Below, in pieces: positions 18,283-27,649 of a stretch of 64,000 bases of DNA (the first letter of the stretch is position 1; each line of letters starts with the position of its first letter). The notes under the pieces were generated by a model, which saw nothing but the letters and a program-made list of their open reading frames with translations, ran no database searches and was not told where the DNA came from. The stretch covers positions 35,741 through 99,740 of the forward strand of contig CABMHR010000001.1 in assembly GCA_902386025.1 (NCBI GenBank), read 5' to 3'. Source of the stretch: an uncultured archaeon. GTDB lineage: Archaea; Nanobdellota; Nanobdellia; Pacearchaeales; GW2011-AR1. The position numbers and the translations under genes were made by a program.

Positions 18283-19683
18283 TTACACGCAGATTTTTCT
18301 TTTGGGAGACAGAAGAGAAGGGGCAGGTTTAGCTCTAAGACTGCAGCAGTCTATTGCATTCAATACATATTTGGAAGAGCAGGTAGCTCTTGCATAAATT
18401 GAAGCGCTGGTAGTTGTATTTGTTTTGTCTGAAGATACAACAGTTATGTAAATGTCATTTACTTTGGCGCTAGTTCCTTCTGAAATATTTTTTGAATAAA
18501 CATTTCCCAAGTTGTTTGTTATTTGCAGTTTTGCTCCGTAGTCAGAAACAGAGATTAGCTTAAAGGTATATGTTCTGCCGCTGAAAATTACCCCTTTGGT
18601 AAAATTAGCAGTTAATTTTGCAGAAGATTTGGATTCATTAACATAAATATTGACTGTATTTTTTTTCTTGTCAGGAGAAGTCAGTTTGACAGTTAATCCA
18701 TAATCAAGAGTATAAAACTGATTTATTCCTAAAGAAATAATCATGCTAGATTTGTTAAGATTAGCAACCATTATCTCGGAAGAATCATTTGAGCCTGAAA
18801 GCAGCTTAATCAAAAATGGAAAAGTGCCAATCTTGATTTGGGTTTGTGAGTTAAGGGGTGATTTTTTTGTATAAGAAAGAGTTGTAAGAGTTATGTCTGA
18901 AGTAATTTTTTTTGGAGTTGAACTTGGTTGGGGATTGCAGATTCCAGATTGACATACTAATCCGGAACAGCATTCATTTCCAAATGGACAAGATTGAATT
19001 GAATATCTGCAGGACTGAACTGCGTTTGAAGCAGAAGTGCTTAGGTATCTTTTTCCAGGAGTTGTATCAATAAGGTATTTCTTTCCGGCAGTAGTCTCAA
19101 CAAAATTTGTTGTTAAAAAATTAACTGCGTTTGTAAGTGCATTAGAATCATATCCTATGACTAGCAAATAGGTGTTTCCAATAGAACCTTGAACGCTTTG
19201 AATTATAAATTGCCCTTTAGAAAGCCCCAATTTGTCAGTTAAGACATTGCAATCGGGTTCATTTGCTATTTTTAAAAGAACATTGTTGCTACAGGGCGTT
19301 CCAATAACAATCAAATTACCTGCAAAGGGAATCCATTTAGCAGAATCGGGCAGAACAGAATCCCAAGCCATTGCCCATTTCCCAAGAAATGTTCTAAGAT
19401 TATCTTTTATTAGATTTGCCTGCGTTAAGCCATTTGTTGAATTTTTTCCATAGATAATAGTAACATCTCTTGAACCAGTTATTTTAGATTCTGAAGTAAT
19501 GAATGGATCCGGATAAGCCCGTATTATTTTTTGCTCCGAATTAATATTTGAAGTTACAACATTTCCTGTAAAAAATAATTTAATAACCACCATTAAGATT
19601 GCTAAAATTACCAGCCCAAAAAATAGCCACTTAATAAGATTTATTTTTTTCTTTTCCTTCTTCCCCTTTTTTCTGTTCATCAA
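18283..19683 (-). CDS. membrane-anchored surface protein with Cys-knot-like insert
   Basis: N-terminal TM anchor. An S-layer-like segment IVIGTPCSNNVLL, the motif CPFGNECCSGLVCQSGICNP, then Ser/Thr/Asn-rich beta-rich repeats. Confidence 0.4.
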   Translation of the reverse strand: MMNRKKGKKEKKKINLIKWLFFGLVILAILMVVIKLFFTGNVVTSNINSEQKIIRAYPDPFITSESKITGSRDVTIIYGKNSTNGLTQANLIKDNLRTFLGKWAMAWDSVLPDSAKWIPFAGNLIVIGTPCSNNVLLKIANEPDCNVLTDKLGLSKGQFIIQSVQGSIGNTYLLVIGYDSNALTNAVNFLTTNFVETTAGKKYLIDTTPGKRYLSTSASNAVQSCRYSIQSCPFGNECCSGLVCQSGICNPQPSSTPKKITSDITLTTLSYTKKSPLNSQTQIKIGTFPFLIKLLSGSNDSSEIMVANLNKSSMIISLGINQFYTLDYGLTVKLTSPDKKKNTVNIYVNESKSSAKLTANFTKGVIFSGRTYTFKLISVSDYGAKLQITNNLGNVYSKNISEGTSAKVNDIYITVVSSDKTNTTTSASIYARATCSSKYVLNAIDCCSLRAKPAPSLLSPKRKICV

Positions 19684-19713
19684 AATAATTATGAATTAAT
19701 CCTTATAAATATT

Positions 19714-20913
19714 TCAGTCAGGGATTAAAGCCAAAAAGCTGTATTTTTTAAGTTGAGCCATTTTTTTTACATCGTTAAGTTTCACAGAACGTATCTTTTT
19801 TTCAAATTTATAAAATTCCTTGGCATTTCCATCAATTTCATTTAATAAAAGATTGATTAATTGCAGTTGGGAATCTTCCATAGAGATGTTATAATTTCCA
19901 ATTAGCTGTTCTTTTACCTGATTAAACTCTTTCTCTGAAAGTTCGTTTGCAATTTTTTTAAATTCATCCAGAATTAATTTTTTGATTAAGCTTACATTTT
20001 CTTTTTTTGTTCCTGCATAAATAGTATTATAAGCAAAATGCTTTGTGATGTTTGAATCCCCCCTTATTGAATAAGCAAGATTTCTTTTATCTCTTACCTC
20101 ATGGAACAATCGTGAGGACATTCCTCCCGCCATTAAGGTATTCAGAACTTCTGCAGTATAGCTTTGAGGATTATTTGAAAGAGGGACATGGTAGGCAAAA
20201 ATAAGATTTGCTTGATCAATTCCTTTTCTCTTTTCTATCCTAGAGCCGTTTTTTAGCCCAAATTTTATTTTTGGAACTTTCCCGCGGGAATTAGAAAAAT
20301 TTTTTTCTGCGAATTTTACAATGTCCTCAAATTTTGCATCTCCTACAACTCCAAGAATCATATTATTCGGCTGGTAAATTTGCCTGAATTTTGCAATTAT
20401 TTTTTTTCTGTCAATAGCCCCCATTGTTTTGGTATCTCCTATAAGATTTTTTCCCAAAGTTCCGCTGTATAATTCATTTTGAATAGTATCCATAATATAA
20501 ATATGGGGATTGTCTTTCCTCATTTTAATTTCTTCAAAGATGACTTTCCTTTCTTTCTCCAGTTCTTTTTCATCAAAGAGGGGATTTTTAACCATGTCTG
20601 TAAGGACATTTAATGCAATATTAAGATGATGAGAAGGCATTTTGCACCAAAATGCAGTTATTGTTTCATCTGTAAAGCCATTAAGCTCTCCTCCGTTTTT
20701 TTCTATTTCTTCTGCAATTTTTTTGGAATTTCTATCAGGAGTTCCTTTGTAAAGCATATGTTCAATAAAATGAGAAATTCCTTTTTCAGACGGATTTTCG
20801 TTTATTCCTCCGCTTCTTACGGCAATAACCACAGAAGCAACAGGAAGTTCTCTCTTTTCAAAAATTAAAGTCATTCCATTTGACAAAATTTTTCTGTAGA
20901 ATTTTGGTTCCAT
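19714..20913 (-). CDS. M16 (pitrilysin/insulinase) family zinc peptidase
   Basis: Inverted zinc motif HFIEHMLYKGT (HxxEH) and a downstream E in FEEIKMR. Confidence 0.85.
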   Translation of the reverse strand: MEPKFYRKILSNGMTLIFEKRELPVASVVIAVRSGGINENPSEKGISHFIEHMLYKGTPDRNSKKIAEEIEKNGGELNGFTDETITAFWCKMPSHHLNIALNVLTDMVKNPLFDEKELEKERKVIFEEIKMRKDNPHIYIMDTIQNELYSGTLGKNLIGDTKTMGAIDRKKIIAKFRQIYQPNNMILGVVGDAKFEDIVKFAEKNFSNSRGKVPKIKFGLKNGSRIEKRKGIDQANLIFAYHVPLSNNPQSYTAEVLNTLMAGGMSSRLFHEVRDKRNLAYSIRGDSNITKHFAYNTIYAGTKKENVSLIKKLILDEFKKIANELSEKEFNQVKEQLIGNYNISMEDSQLQLINLLLNEIDGNAKEFYKFEKKIRSVKLNDVKKMAQLKKYSFLALIPD

Positions 20914-20942
20914 AAAGTATAAAGGAAAAAATCCTATTTAAA

Positions 20943-21701
20943 CTATTTTATGCGGAAAATGAGGTATCTTTCCCCCCCAAGCTCAAAATCATCCAAGATT
21001 TCAAATTTTTCTTCTATAAACTCAACAATCCAGTTTCTTTTTGCTTTGAAAGACTGCCTGTTCCCCAAGCTCTTTGTAGGAAAACTTACAGCAAATCTGT
21101 CTGCATAGGGGGCAAGTTCTGAAATTAATTCCTTGGAATAATCTTTTTTTATAGCTTCAAGAGCATCAATTACCTTGAACAGAAAAATAATTCTTGGTTC
21201 TTTCTGCTTTTTGATTATTTCAATTACTTTTTCTTTTTCAAAAAGGCTCAAATGAACTGCCTGCCCAGTTAGTTTATTCTTCTTAAAATAAAAATTCATC
21301 AATTCATCAAGCTGCCCTACAGATTCAATTGAAGTATAAGAAGTATTTTTAGGAAGAAAGTTATAGCTAAACCCATTAATTCCAGCACCCAAATCAATGA
21401 CGCTTGCTTTTTTATAATTCTTAAAAATTCTTTTGTAAATTTCTTGATAATAAGGCAGTCTTTCCTTTGTAGAAATGTGCTTTCTTAAAATCCATTCGGG
21501 TTCTTTATCTTTTGGGGAAAGAAGTTTCTTGCTGATAAAAACACTAAAGATTTTTCGCAGCAGTTCTTTTGCAAGTTTTATTTTCTCTTCTTCGCTTGCC
21601 TGCCTTTGTTGAAATTTTGCATAAGCCATTTCAATATCTTTTTCTGAAAGCTGTGAAAATTCGCGCTTTTCTCTGATTTTTTTCAGTATATTTTGATTCA
21701 T
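20943..21701 (-). CDS. FmrO/Rmt-ArmA-like 16S rRNA (m7G1405-type) methyltransferase homolog
   Basis: HISTKERL, SAM motif VIDLGAGINGFSY, IFLFKVIDALE, RFAVSFPTKSLGNR and C-terminal ERYLIFRIK. These parallel RmtB/ArmA blocks as recalled from memory. Confidence 0.55.
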   Translation of the reverse strand: MNQNILKKIREKREFSQLSEKDIEMAYAKFQQRQASEEEKIKLAKELLRKIFSVFISKKLLSPKDKEPEWILRKHISTKERLPYYQEIYKRIFKNYKKASVIDLGAGINGFSYNFLPKNTSYTSIESVGQLDELMNFYFKKNKLTGQAVHLSLFEKEKVIEIIKKQKEPRIIFLFKVIDALEAIKKDYSKELISELAPYADRFAVSFPTKSLGNRQSFKAKRNWIVEFIEEKFEILDDFELGGERYLIFRIK

Positions 21702-21763
21702 AAGTTTTTTAATTAATCAAAGTTTAAAAGGCATATGATAAATAAAATCGTTGGTGTCGTCGC

Positions 21764-22675
21764 ATGCCTGTAAACGCTCATCCAGAATATACCTACGCAG
21801 AAAAAGAGTATGACTTAGCAGAGACAGATGAAGACAGATTGATTGCCCTTGAAAAAATGATTTCTTTTCTGCCAGGACATAAGGGAGCAGAAAAATTAAG
21901 AGCCCAGATAAAACTCCGCTATAAGAAATTAAAGGAAAAATTAGCAAGAGAGAAAAAATCAAAGAAAGGAAATTCAAAAACAGGAATAAAAAAAGAAGAT
22001 ATGCAGGCGGTTATAATTGGAAAAACCAAATCAGGAAAATCTTCTCTTTTATCTTTACTCACAAATGCAAAGCCTGAAATAGCAGAATATGAATTTGCAA
22101 CACGCTTTCCTGCTGTGGGGATTATGGATTATAACGGGGCAGGAATTCAGCTGATTGAAGTTCCGGCAGTTGAATCAGAATATTATGACAAGGGGATTGT
22201 AAATAGTGCAGACAGCATAATAATCTTAATCGCAAATCTGGAAGAGGCAAAAGAAATTGAAAAAGTTGTAGAGCGTTCTCAAGGGAAAAAGATTTTTGCT
22301 CTCAATAAAATAGACTTGCTTTCAGAAAATGAAAAAAGAAAAATGTCCGCAACATTGCAGAGCAAAAAATATAATTTTGTTTTGATTTCTGCAAAAACAG
22401 GAGAAGGCATTGAAGAATTTAAGGAAAGATTATTCAAAAGTTTTGAAAGGATAAGAATTTATACAAAAGAGCCTGGAAAAGAAAAGACGCATAAGCCGAT
22501 AATACTTTCTCCGAACAGCAATGTAAAAGATGTTGCTGAAAAGATATTAAAGGGATTTGCATCCCGCGTCCAGCAGACAAGAATCTGGGGCCCAAGTTCA
22601 AAATACCCTGGACAGATAGTCGGATTAAATCACGAGCTTAAGGATTTGGATGCGGTGGAATTTAAGACAAAATAA
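21764..22675 (+). CDS. DRG/Obg-family GTPase with C-terminal TGS domain
   Basis: G1 GKTKSGKSSLLS, G3 LIEVP, G4 NKIDL. N-terminal HKGAEKLRAQIKLRYKKLKEKL helix as in DRG. TGS-like RIYTKEPGK...PIIL. Confidence 0.75.
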   Translation: MPVNAHPEYTYAEKEYDLAETDEDRLIALEKMISFLPGHKGAEKLRAQIKLRYKKLKEKLAREKKSKKGNSKTGIKKEDMQAVIIGKTKSGKSSLLSLLTNAKPEIAEYEFATRFPAVGIMDYNGAGIQLIEVPAVESEYYDKGIVNSADSIIILIANLEEAKEIEKVVERSQGKKIFALNKIDLLSENEKRKMSATLQSKKYNFVLISAKTGEGIEEFKERLFKSFERIRIYTKEPGKEKTHKPIILSPNSNVKDVAEKILKGFASRVQQTRIWGPSSKYPGQIVGLNHELKDLDAVEFKTK

Positions 22676-22729
22676 AGTTATAGTTCTAAAGAGAATAATT
22701 AATTTAAAGGAAAAAAGATAGTTAAACAA

Positions 22730-23008
22730 ATGGTAAAAAATGAAAATTTATTGAAGAGGATAAGCAGTTCTATATGGGGCATAATAACCTTATTAGGAAG
22801 TTTCTTAGCGTTTATAAGCATTTATCCAAATATAAAAATTTCAATAATCGAAATATTAACTTTAACAGGGATTCTTTTATTTATCGTTTTTATTGTGTTA
22901 ATAGCCACTCATATATCACACTTAGAAGAAAAAATTAATAAATTAGAGAATATTCTTAATATAGAAAATAGGTTTACAAAAATAGAAAATAGATTGGGGA
23001 TACAATGA
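22730..23008 (+). CDS. small membrane/coiled-coil protein
   Basis: Two TM helices then a coiled tail. A further 35-aa TM micro-ORF (23005..23112) overlaps its stop. Confidence 0.3.
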   Translation: MVKNENLLKRISSSIWGIITLLGSFLAFISIYPNIKISIIEILTLTGILLFIVFIVLIATHISHLEEKINKLENILNIENRFTKIENRLGIQ

Positions 23009-23114
23009 GTAAGATAAACTTTACACATAACGATGTTTTAGAATGGATTAAAATAGGGGTAGCATTAATAATTGGATTTATTATTATTAAAGCTCTTTTA
23101 AAAGTAGCTTAATT

Positions 23115-24074
23115 TTATCTGTATCTTTTTCTTATTGGAGAAATTATATTTTCTAAATATTCAATAACAGAATTTTTCAAGTCAAGGGGGTGCAGTTTTC
23201 CAGAAACAAAATCTTTTTCCAGTTCAAGGTAAGTACGATAATGAACTTGTCCTCCGAATTTTTCTGGCCTTAAAATTTCCATCAAGCCGAAAGTAGGAAA
23301 GATGATAAGTTCAGAAATCTGAAGAAGAGGATTATCCTGTGCAATCTTTTCTGGGCAGTAGGCTCCCTGAATTGTTTTCTTTATTTCCTCATATGAATCA
23401 GTGACGCTTATTCCGCTTCCAGGAATTGATTTTGACATTTTCTGCCCCGGCCCTTTCAGCGAAGTAATTAAAGGAGTATGCATCGCAATAAAATCATAAT
23501 CTAAAACTTTTTTCATATCTTTTCCTATCATATGAACTTTTCTCTGTTCCATCCCCCCAAGAGCAACATCTGCTTTCAGATGTTTTATATCTGCAACCTG
23601 CATAAGCGGATACCACATTTGAGAGATAGTTGCATTTTCTACATCTCTTGCAATTTCCTGCATACTTCTCAGCCCCCTCTGCAAAGTGGATGCTTGTGCA
23701 AGCTTCATAACATCAAATTGATATTCTTTCTTAAATTCAAAACTGCTTCCCAAAACAACATCTGCCTTTATCCCTATTGCCTTGAGAGTTTTCTTCCAGC
23801 TGTCAACCTCTTTCCTTATATCTGCTTCGCTTCCTTTTTTGTTGAGCAAAGCATGAACATCTGCAAGAAGTATTATCACTTTAAATCCTGCTCTCTGCAA
23901 ATCCAGAAGTTTTGTAATCGTTACAAAATGTCCAAGATGCATAGGCCCGTTTGGTTCATATCCGCAGTAAACAACAGGTTTTTTCTTTTTTCTTATGAGT
24001 TCATCAAGCTCTTCAGAAGTAATTATTTCCTGCACATTTCTTTTGATTAGCTTAAATTTCTCTTCATTATTCAT
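23115..24074 (-). CDS. tyrS: tyrosyl-tRNA synthetase (archaeal type)
   Basis: Class I motifs PMHLGH (HIGH) and KMSKS. Length is about 320 aa. Confidence 0.9.
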   Translation of the reverse strand: MNNEEKFKLIKRNVQEIITSEELDELIRKKKKPVVYCGYEPNGPMHLGHFVTITKLLDLQRAGFKVIILLADVHALLNKKGSEADIRKEVDSWKKTLKAIGIKADVVLGSSFEFKKEYQFDVMKLAQASTLQRGLRSMQEIARDVENATISQMWYPLMQVADIKHLKADVALGGMEQRKVHMIGKDMKKVLDYDFIAMHTPLITSLKGPGQKMSKSIPGSGISVTDSYEEIKKTIQGAYCPEKIAQDNPLLQISELIIFPTFGLMEILRPEKFGGQVHYRTYLELEKDFVSGKLHPLDLKNSVIEYLENIISPIRKRYR

Positions 24075-24115
24075 TCAAATAAGAAAAATTAGCAATTATT
24101 AAATCTTTTCTAAAA

Positions 24116-24562
24116 CTATTTCTTGCCCCAGGCAGCAATTCCCAAAAGCACTAAGAACACAAGAGTTCCAATTAAAGGAATAAAGTTCAGCAATGCCCAC
24201 CAGCCGGGTTTTTTGACTGCTTCAAAAGTTTTCCACATCCATATTGTGGAAAAAACGCAAAGAACAATAGCTGACAATCCCCCTATAAAAGGAATGAATA
24301 TTCCAAATAATAAAAGAATAGGCCACCACGGCATCTTTGCAATTTGGGAAGTGACAAGATATTGCCCAACAACAGGAATCCAAACTAATCCTGGATGGCG
24401 ATGCTTGGCTTTCTTTGCAATAGCCATCATAGCAAGAGAAGTATAAACATAAACTGCAACAGCTAATGTTAAAATAAAAAAGAATAATCCTATAAAAAGA
24501 AAAAATAACTGGGAATAATCTCCTCTTAAAACTGCCTCTTTTATTCCTGTAACATCAAACAT
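24116..24562 (-). CDS. small polytopic membrane protein
   Basis: Four predicted TM helices. No family recognised. Confidence 0.35.
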   Translation of the reverse strand: MFDVTGIKEAVLRGDYSQLFFLFIGLFFFILTLAVAVYVYTSLAMMAIAKKAKHRHPGLVWIPVVGQYLVTSQIAKMPWWPILLLFGIFIPFIGGLSAIVLCVFSTIWMWKTFEAVKKPGWWALLNFIPLIGTLVFLVLLGIAAWGKK

Positions 24563-24605
24563 ATTGAAACAAATAATTTATTATTTATAAATTCTTTCTT
24601 AAGTA

Positions 24606-25799
24606 ATGCTGCTGGAAATTCTGATTTCAGTATTTATAGGAATTCTTGCAGGGGCATTTACAGGCTTGATGCCTGGAATTCATATAAACCTTGTAGGAAC
24701 AATTTTAGTCGGATTGTCAGCAACATTATTTTCAGCGATAAATCTGGTTTATCTTGTTATTTTTATTTCTGCAATGGCGATAAGCCACACATTTATAGAT
24801 TTCATTCCTTCAATTTTCCTCGGATGTCCTGATACAGACACACAGCTTTCAATTCTCCCAGGACACGAAATGCTGAAAGAGGGAAAAGGATATGAAGCAG
24901 TAATGCTGACTGCTTATGGTGGGTTAATTGCAGTATTTGTTTTAATAATAATTTCATTCCCATTATCTGCATTTTTCTTTAAGGTATATGAAGCACTTCA
25001 TTCAATAATGTTTTGGATTTTGCTTGCAGTTTCATTAATTTTAATTTTTACAGAGAAGAATAAAATAAAGGCGTTGTTTGTTTTTGCTGCTTCTGGAATT
25101 TTTGGTTTATGTGTGTTAAATTCTAATGTGAAAGAGCCTCTTCTTCCCCTTTTGACAGGGCTTTTCGGAACTTCAATGCTGATTGCAAGCATAAAAAATA
25201 AAATTCAAATTCCAAAACAAGAAATTACAAAACCAGAATGCAGATTGTTCAAGCCTGTTTTAGGTTCCTTGATTGCTTCCCCTTTATGCGGTTTTCTTCC
25301 TGGGCTGGGGAGCGGACAGGCAGCAATCTTGGGGAATGCAGTTTCCAGAACAGACAGAAAAGGATTTCTTGTTTTAGTTGGAGCAACAAATGTTTTGGTT
25401 ATGGGATTGTCTTTTGTTTCCTTGTATGCAATTTCAAAAACAAGAACAGGAGCCGCAGCAGCAATACAGGAAATAATCGGAGCTCTTTCATGGAAAATAC
25501 TGCTGATAATTCTCTTCGCTGTTTTAATCAGCGGGGTAGTTTCCTTCATTCTTGCAAAAATTCTTGCAAAATTTTTCTCAGACAAGATTAACAAAATAAA
25601 TTATGCAAAACTTTCAATTGCAGTTTTAATCCTTCTTGCAGTAATTGTATTTATCTTTTCTGGATTTTTTGGATTGCTAATTCTTGCTGCTTCCACATTT
25701 ACAGGAATATATTGCAATTCTCTCCCTGTAAAAAAGACGCATATGATGGGATGTCTGTTAATTCCTACAATGATTTATTATGCTGGAATGATTTTTTAA
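24606..25799 (+). CDS. TctA/DUF112-family membrane protein
   Basis: About 10 TM helices. The N-terminal GAFTGLMPGIHINLV and later LPGLGSGQAAILG are typical of archaeal TctA-like proteins. Confidence 0.55.
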   Translation: MLLEILISVFIGILAGAFTGLMPGIHINLVGTILVGLSATLFSAINLVYLVIFISAMAISHTFIDFIPSIFLGCPDTDTQLSILPGHEMLKEGKGYEAVMLTAYGGLIAVFVLIIISFPLSAFFFKVYEALHSIMFWILLAVSLILIFTEKNKIKALFVFAASGIFGLCVLNSNVKEPLLPLLTGLFGTSMLIASIKNKIQIPKQEITKPECRLFKPVLGSLIASPLCGFLPGLGSGQAAILGNAVSRTDRKGFLVLVGATNVLVMGLSFVSLYAISKTRTGAAAAIQEIIGALSWKILLIILFAVLISGVVSFILAKILAKFFSDKINKINYAKLSIAVLILLAVIVFIFSGFFGLLILAASTFTGIYCNSLPVKKTHMMGCLLIPTMIYYAGMIF

Positions 25800-26681
25800 T
25801 TAGACAATAATTTTCGGTTCTAAAGTTTGAAAACTACATAAAGAAATATTTTCTTTGAAAACATTTACGGTCAAAACATTATCTACTTTTTTTGTTCCAT
25901 ATTTAATATGATATTTTATACTATTTAATTTACAAAATTTCTCCACTATTTTAGCACAGGTGTCATAAAATTCTTCACTTTTTGGGAAGTTAGTGGAGTT
26001 GCAGTTATAATTCAATTTTCCGAAGATAATATTATCTACGAAAGAGATTTCATTTAATATGTTTAAAAGATTAACAATTCCATTACCTTTTGTAAGATTT
26101 GGTGTTGGATAAGGCTCCATACTAACCCAAGTCTTTAAACCAGCATCATGTAATTTCCTTAACGCTTTTATTCTTCTTAAGTAAGGTGCGCTTCCCGGTT
26201 CAAATTTTTTCTTAAAATCATTGTCTAAAGAAACAAGGGTAATTCCATATTCATTATCTAAGCTATATTTTTTAGAATCAACTAATTCTTTGGGATAAAT
26301 CCCTTTAGTTAATATTGTGCATTTTATCCCATTAGAATTTAATTTGTTTATTATTTTTAGAGTCATATCTGCAATTTCGGGATAAGTATACATGAAGGGG
26401 TCGGTAGTAAAACATAAATGGACAAAGTTTATTTCATTCCTGTATTTAGGAATTTCTTTATCCAAGAGTTCTAAGGCATTTTTAACAAGTTTTGGTTTTA
26501 ACCATTCTTCGTAAGTTTTAACTTTTCCAAACCTTTTCGCCATATTAAAAGCATAACAAGGAAAATTACAACCATGAGCGCAACCTTCAACATGATTGAT
26601 ACAAAAATCAGCATATTCAACCTTACTTTTGTATAAAAGAGAACTACGAGTTATATAAGCAATCTTTCCTCCCTTATCCAT
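25800..26681 (-). CDS. radical-SAM-like (SplB/COG1533-type TIM barrel) protein with C-x3-C-x3-C cluster motif
   Basis: VEGCAHGCNFPCYAF near the N-terminus, one residue longer than the canonical CxxxCxxC. Later blocks FTTDPF and SMEPYP resemble those of DNA-repair-photolyase-like radical SAM proteins. Confidence 0.5.
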   Translation of the reverse strand: MDKGGKIAYITRSSLLYKSKVEYADFCINHVEGCAHGCNFPCYAFNMAKRFGKVKTYEEWLKPKLVKNALELLDKEIPKYRNEINFVHLCFTTDPFMYTYPEIADMTLKIINKLNSNGIKCTILTKGIYPKELVDSKKYSLDNEYGITLVSLDNDFKKKFEPGSAPYLRRIKALRKLHDAGLKTWVSMEPYPTPNLTKGNGIVNLLNILNEISFVDNIIFGKLNYNCNSTNFPKSEEFYDTCAKIVEKFCKLNSIKYHIKYGTKKVDNVLTVNVFKENISLCSFQTLEPKIIV

Positions 26682-26716
26682 AATAGAACAAGATAAAAAG
26701 ATTATATAAATTTACC

Positions 26717-27646
26717 TCAAAATAAAGTATTTTGTCTTTTCTTTATTATATCTAAAGAAATTTCTACCGCTTTATCAGAATGTTTCTCTATTTCGTGGCC
26801 AGCGTTAATAATCGGTTTCATCCAAGGATTCCCAGTTCCAGTTTTATGGGTGATAAAAAGAAGATTATAAGCAAATCCTTTAACAGAATTTATGTGAACG
26901 CTATAAAAAACAGCATCCGACCTCTCCTTTAAAATATTTTTTTTATAAATTTCAAGAATGTCTCTTTCACATTTTGCTTGTTTCCAAGAATCATCTCCAA
27001 AAAAAGTAGTTAATGCTTTATACCCATGCCCAGTTACCTCATTTGTACAAACCGCTCTCCAAGATGCACGACTCATAAACGTAAGAAGGATATCGCTTCG
27101 TATATTAAGAAGTTTTTTCATAGATTGCCAAGAGAAATCTAAATCAAAAGGATCGACAAAGAAAAAGTTATAAGGAAATTTATCTTTTTTTATCTCATCT
27201 AAAATTTTATCTAAGCAAGAATTGCAATCTAAATTAAATAAAGAAAAATTTTTAAAATTTAGTTTATTTATCCTTTTTTCAAGGGTTTTAAAAGATTCTT
27301 TTTCTTTTTCACAAAAAAAGAATTTTGTAAATTTAGTATTATGGTTTAGTAAAGCAATAAAAGGTGAACCAATTAAGATATCTTCATATTTAGTTTTTAT
27401 CTTATTTAAACCAGAACCAGCAAAAACGTCTATATAATTTTTTTTGGAATAATTATTATTTGCTACAATAGCACAAACATCCAATAAATAATTTAGAAAA
27501 ACTAATTTTAATGGAGTCCATGGATGAAATTCATTACAGATATAAGGATCAGTCTCTTTTATTTTGTTTATTTCTTCTTTGAAAGAAGAATTTGTTTCTT
27601 CAATTTTCTTTAATTGTTTTTTAAGCCAAGTTAAATCCGTTGTCAT
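26717..27646 (-). CDS. TcmP-like (three-Cys-motif partner) methyltransferase-fold protein
   Basis: HPWTPLKLVFLNYL, motif I-like YIDVFAGSGLN and motif IV-like FFFVDPFD. The start is 3 nt after the PolD DP2 stop. Confidence 0.45.
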   Translation of the reverse strand: MTTDLTWLKKQLKKIEETNSSFKEEINKIKETDPYICNEFHPWTPLKLVFLNYLLDVCAIVANNNYSKKNYIDVFAGSGLNKIKTKYEDILIGSPFIALLNHNTKFTKFFFCEKEKESFKTLEKRINKLNFKNFSLFNLDCNSCLDKILDEIKKDKFPYNFFFVDPFDLDFSWQSMKKLLNIRSDILLTFMSRASWRAVCTNEVTGHGYKALTTFFGDDSWKQAKCERDILEIYKKNILKERSDAVFYSVHINSVKGFAYNLLFITHKTGTGNPWMKPIINAGHEIEKHSDKAVEISLDIIKKRQNTLF

Positions 27647-27649
27647 TTT

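Noticed and set aside
18283-19683. Diversity-generating retroelement target (C-terminal variable region)
   Set aside because: No reverse transcriptase and no template/variable repeat pair could be found anywhere in the window.
23532-24050. 172-aa plus-strand ORF
   Set aside because: It is antisense to tyrS, whose HIGH/KMSKS motifs are unambiguous.
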